From NCBI GenBank assembly GCA_041739675.1, contig JBGSNL010000061.1, forward strand, positions 1-16,034: DNA of 16,034 bases. The letters run 5' to 3'. Origin of the DNA: a bacterium (GTDB lineage: Bacteria; UBA10199; 2-02-FULL-44-16; DYJF01). The notes beneath the pieces were generated by a model. That model did not search any database. It was not told the DNA's origin and worked only from the letters and a program-made list of their open reading frames with translations. This document shows, in pieces, positions 15,994-16,034 of this stretch (its first letter is position 1; every line of letters begins with the position of its first letter). The position numbers and the translations under genes were made by a program.

Positions 15994-16034
15994 GTTTGTT
16001 GTACGGCGTCGTTTTTTGGTTTACGCCCAAAAAA

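Noticed and set aside
16012..16034. Inverted repeat TTTTTTGG...CCAAAAAA at the window end
   Set aside because: It is low complexity and cut by the window edge, so it cannot be evaluated.

Overview
Bacterial chromosomal window, probably from an anaerobic deltaproteobacterium-like organism (inferred from the RpoD, RpsU and VKOR-DsbA sequences). It has two converging halves. The plus strand carries a 5'-truncated CNNM/CorB-type transporter, larC and an RlmD-type methyltransferase, then the macromolecular synthesis cluster rpsU-yqeY-dnaG-rpoD and a VKOR-DsbA fusion. The minus strand carries a DUF362/ferredoxin protein, then a tightly coupled 2-oxoacid oxidoreductase operon (gamma, a delta-like subunit interrupted by a GltD/NfnB-type flavoprotein module, alpha, beta) ending in an adenosine deaminase-family gene. 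I found no tRNA, rRNA, CRISPR array or transposase. Best leads: (1) the DUF362 protein has an H-x9-K-x15-H motif matching the nickel-pincer (NPN) cofactor site of lactate racemase LarA, followed directly by a 2[4Fe-4S] domain, and larC lies in the same window, suggesting an NPN-dependent redox enzyme; (2) the PorD/NfnB-like fusion suggests a 2-oxoacid:NAD(P)+ or electron-bifurcating complex; (3) several small non-coding elements, namely a 48-bp palindrome inserted in frame in rlmD, a dispersed motif upstream of two promoters, and an inverted heptamer array before dnaG.
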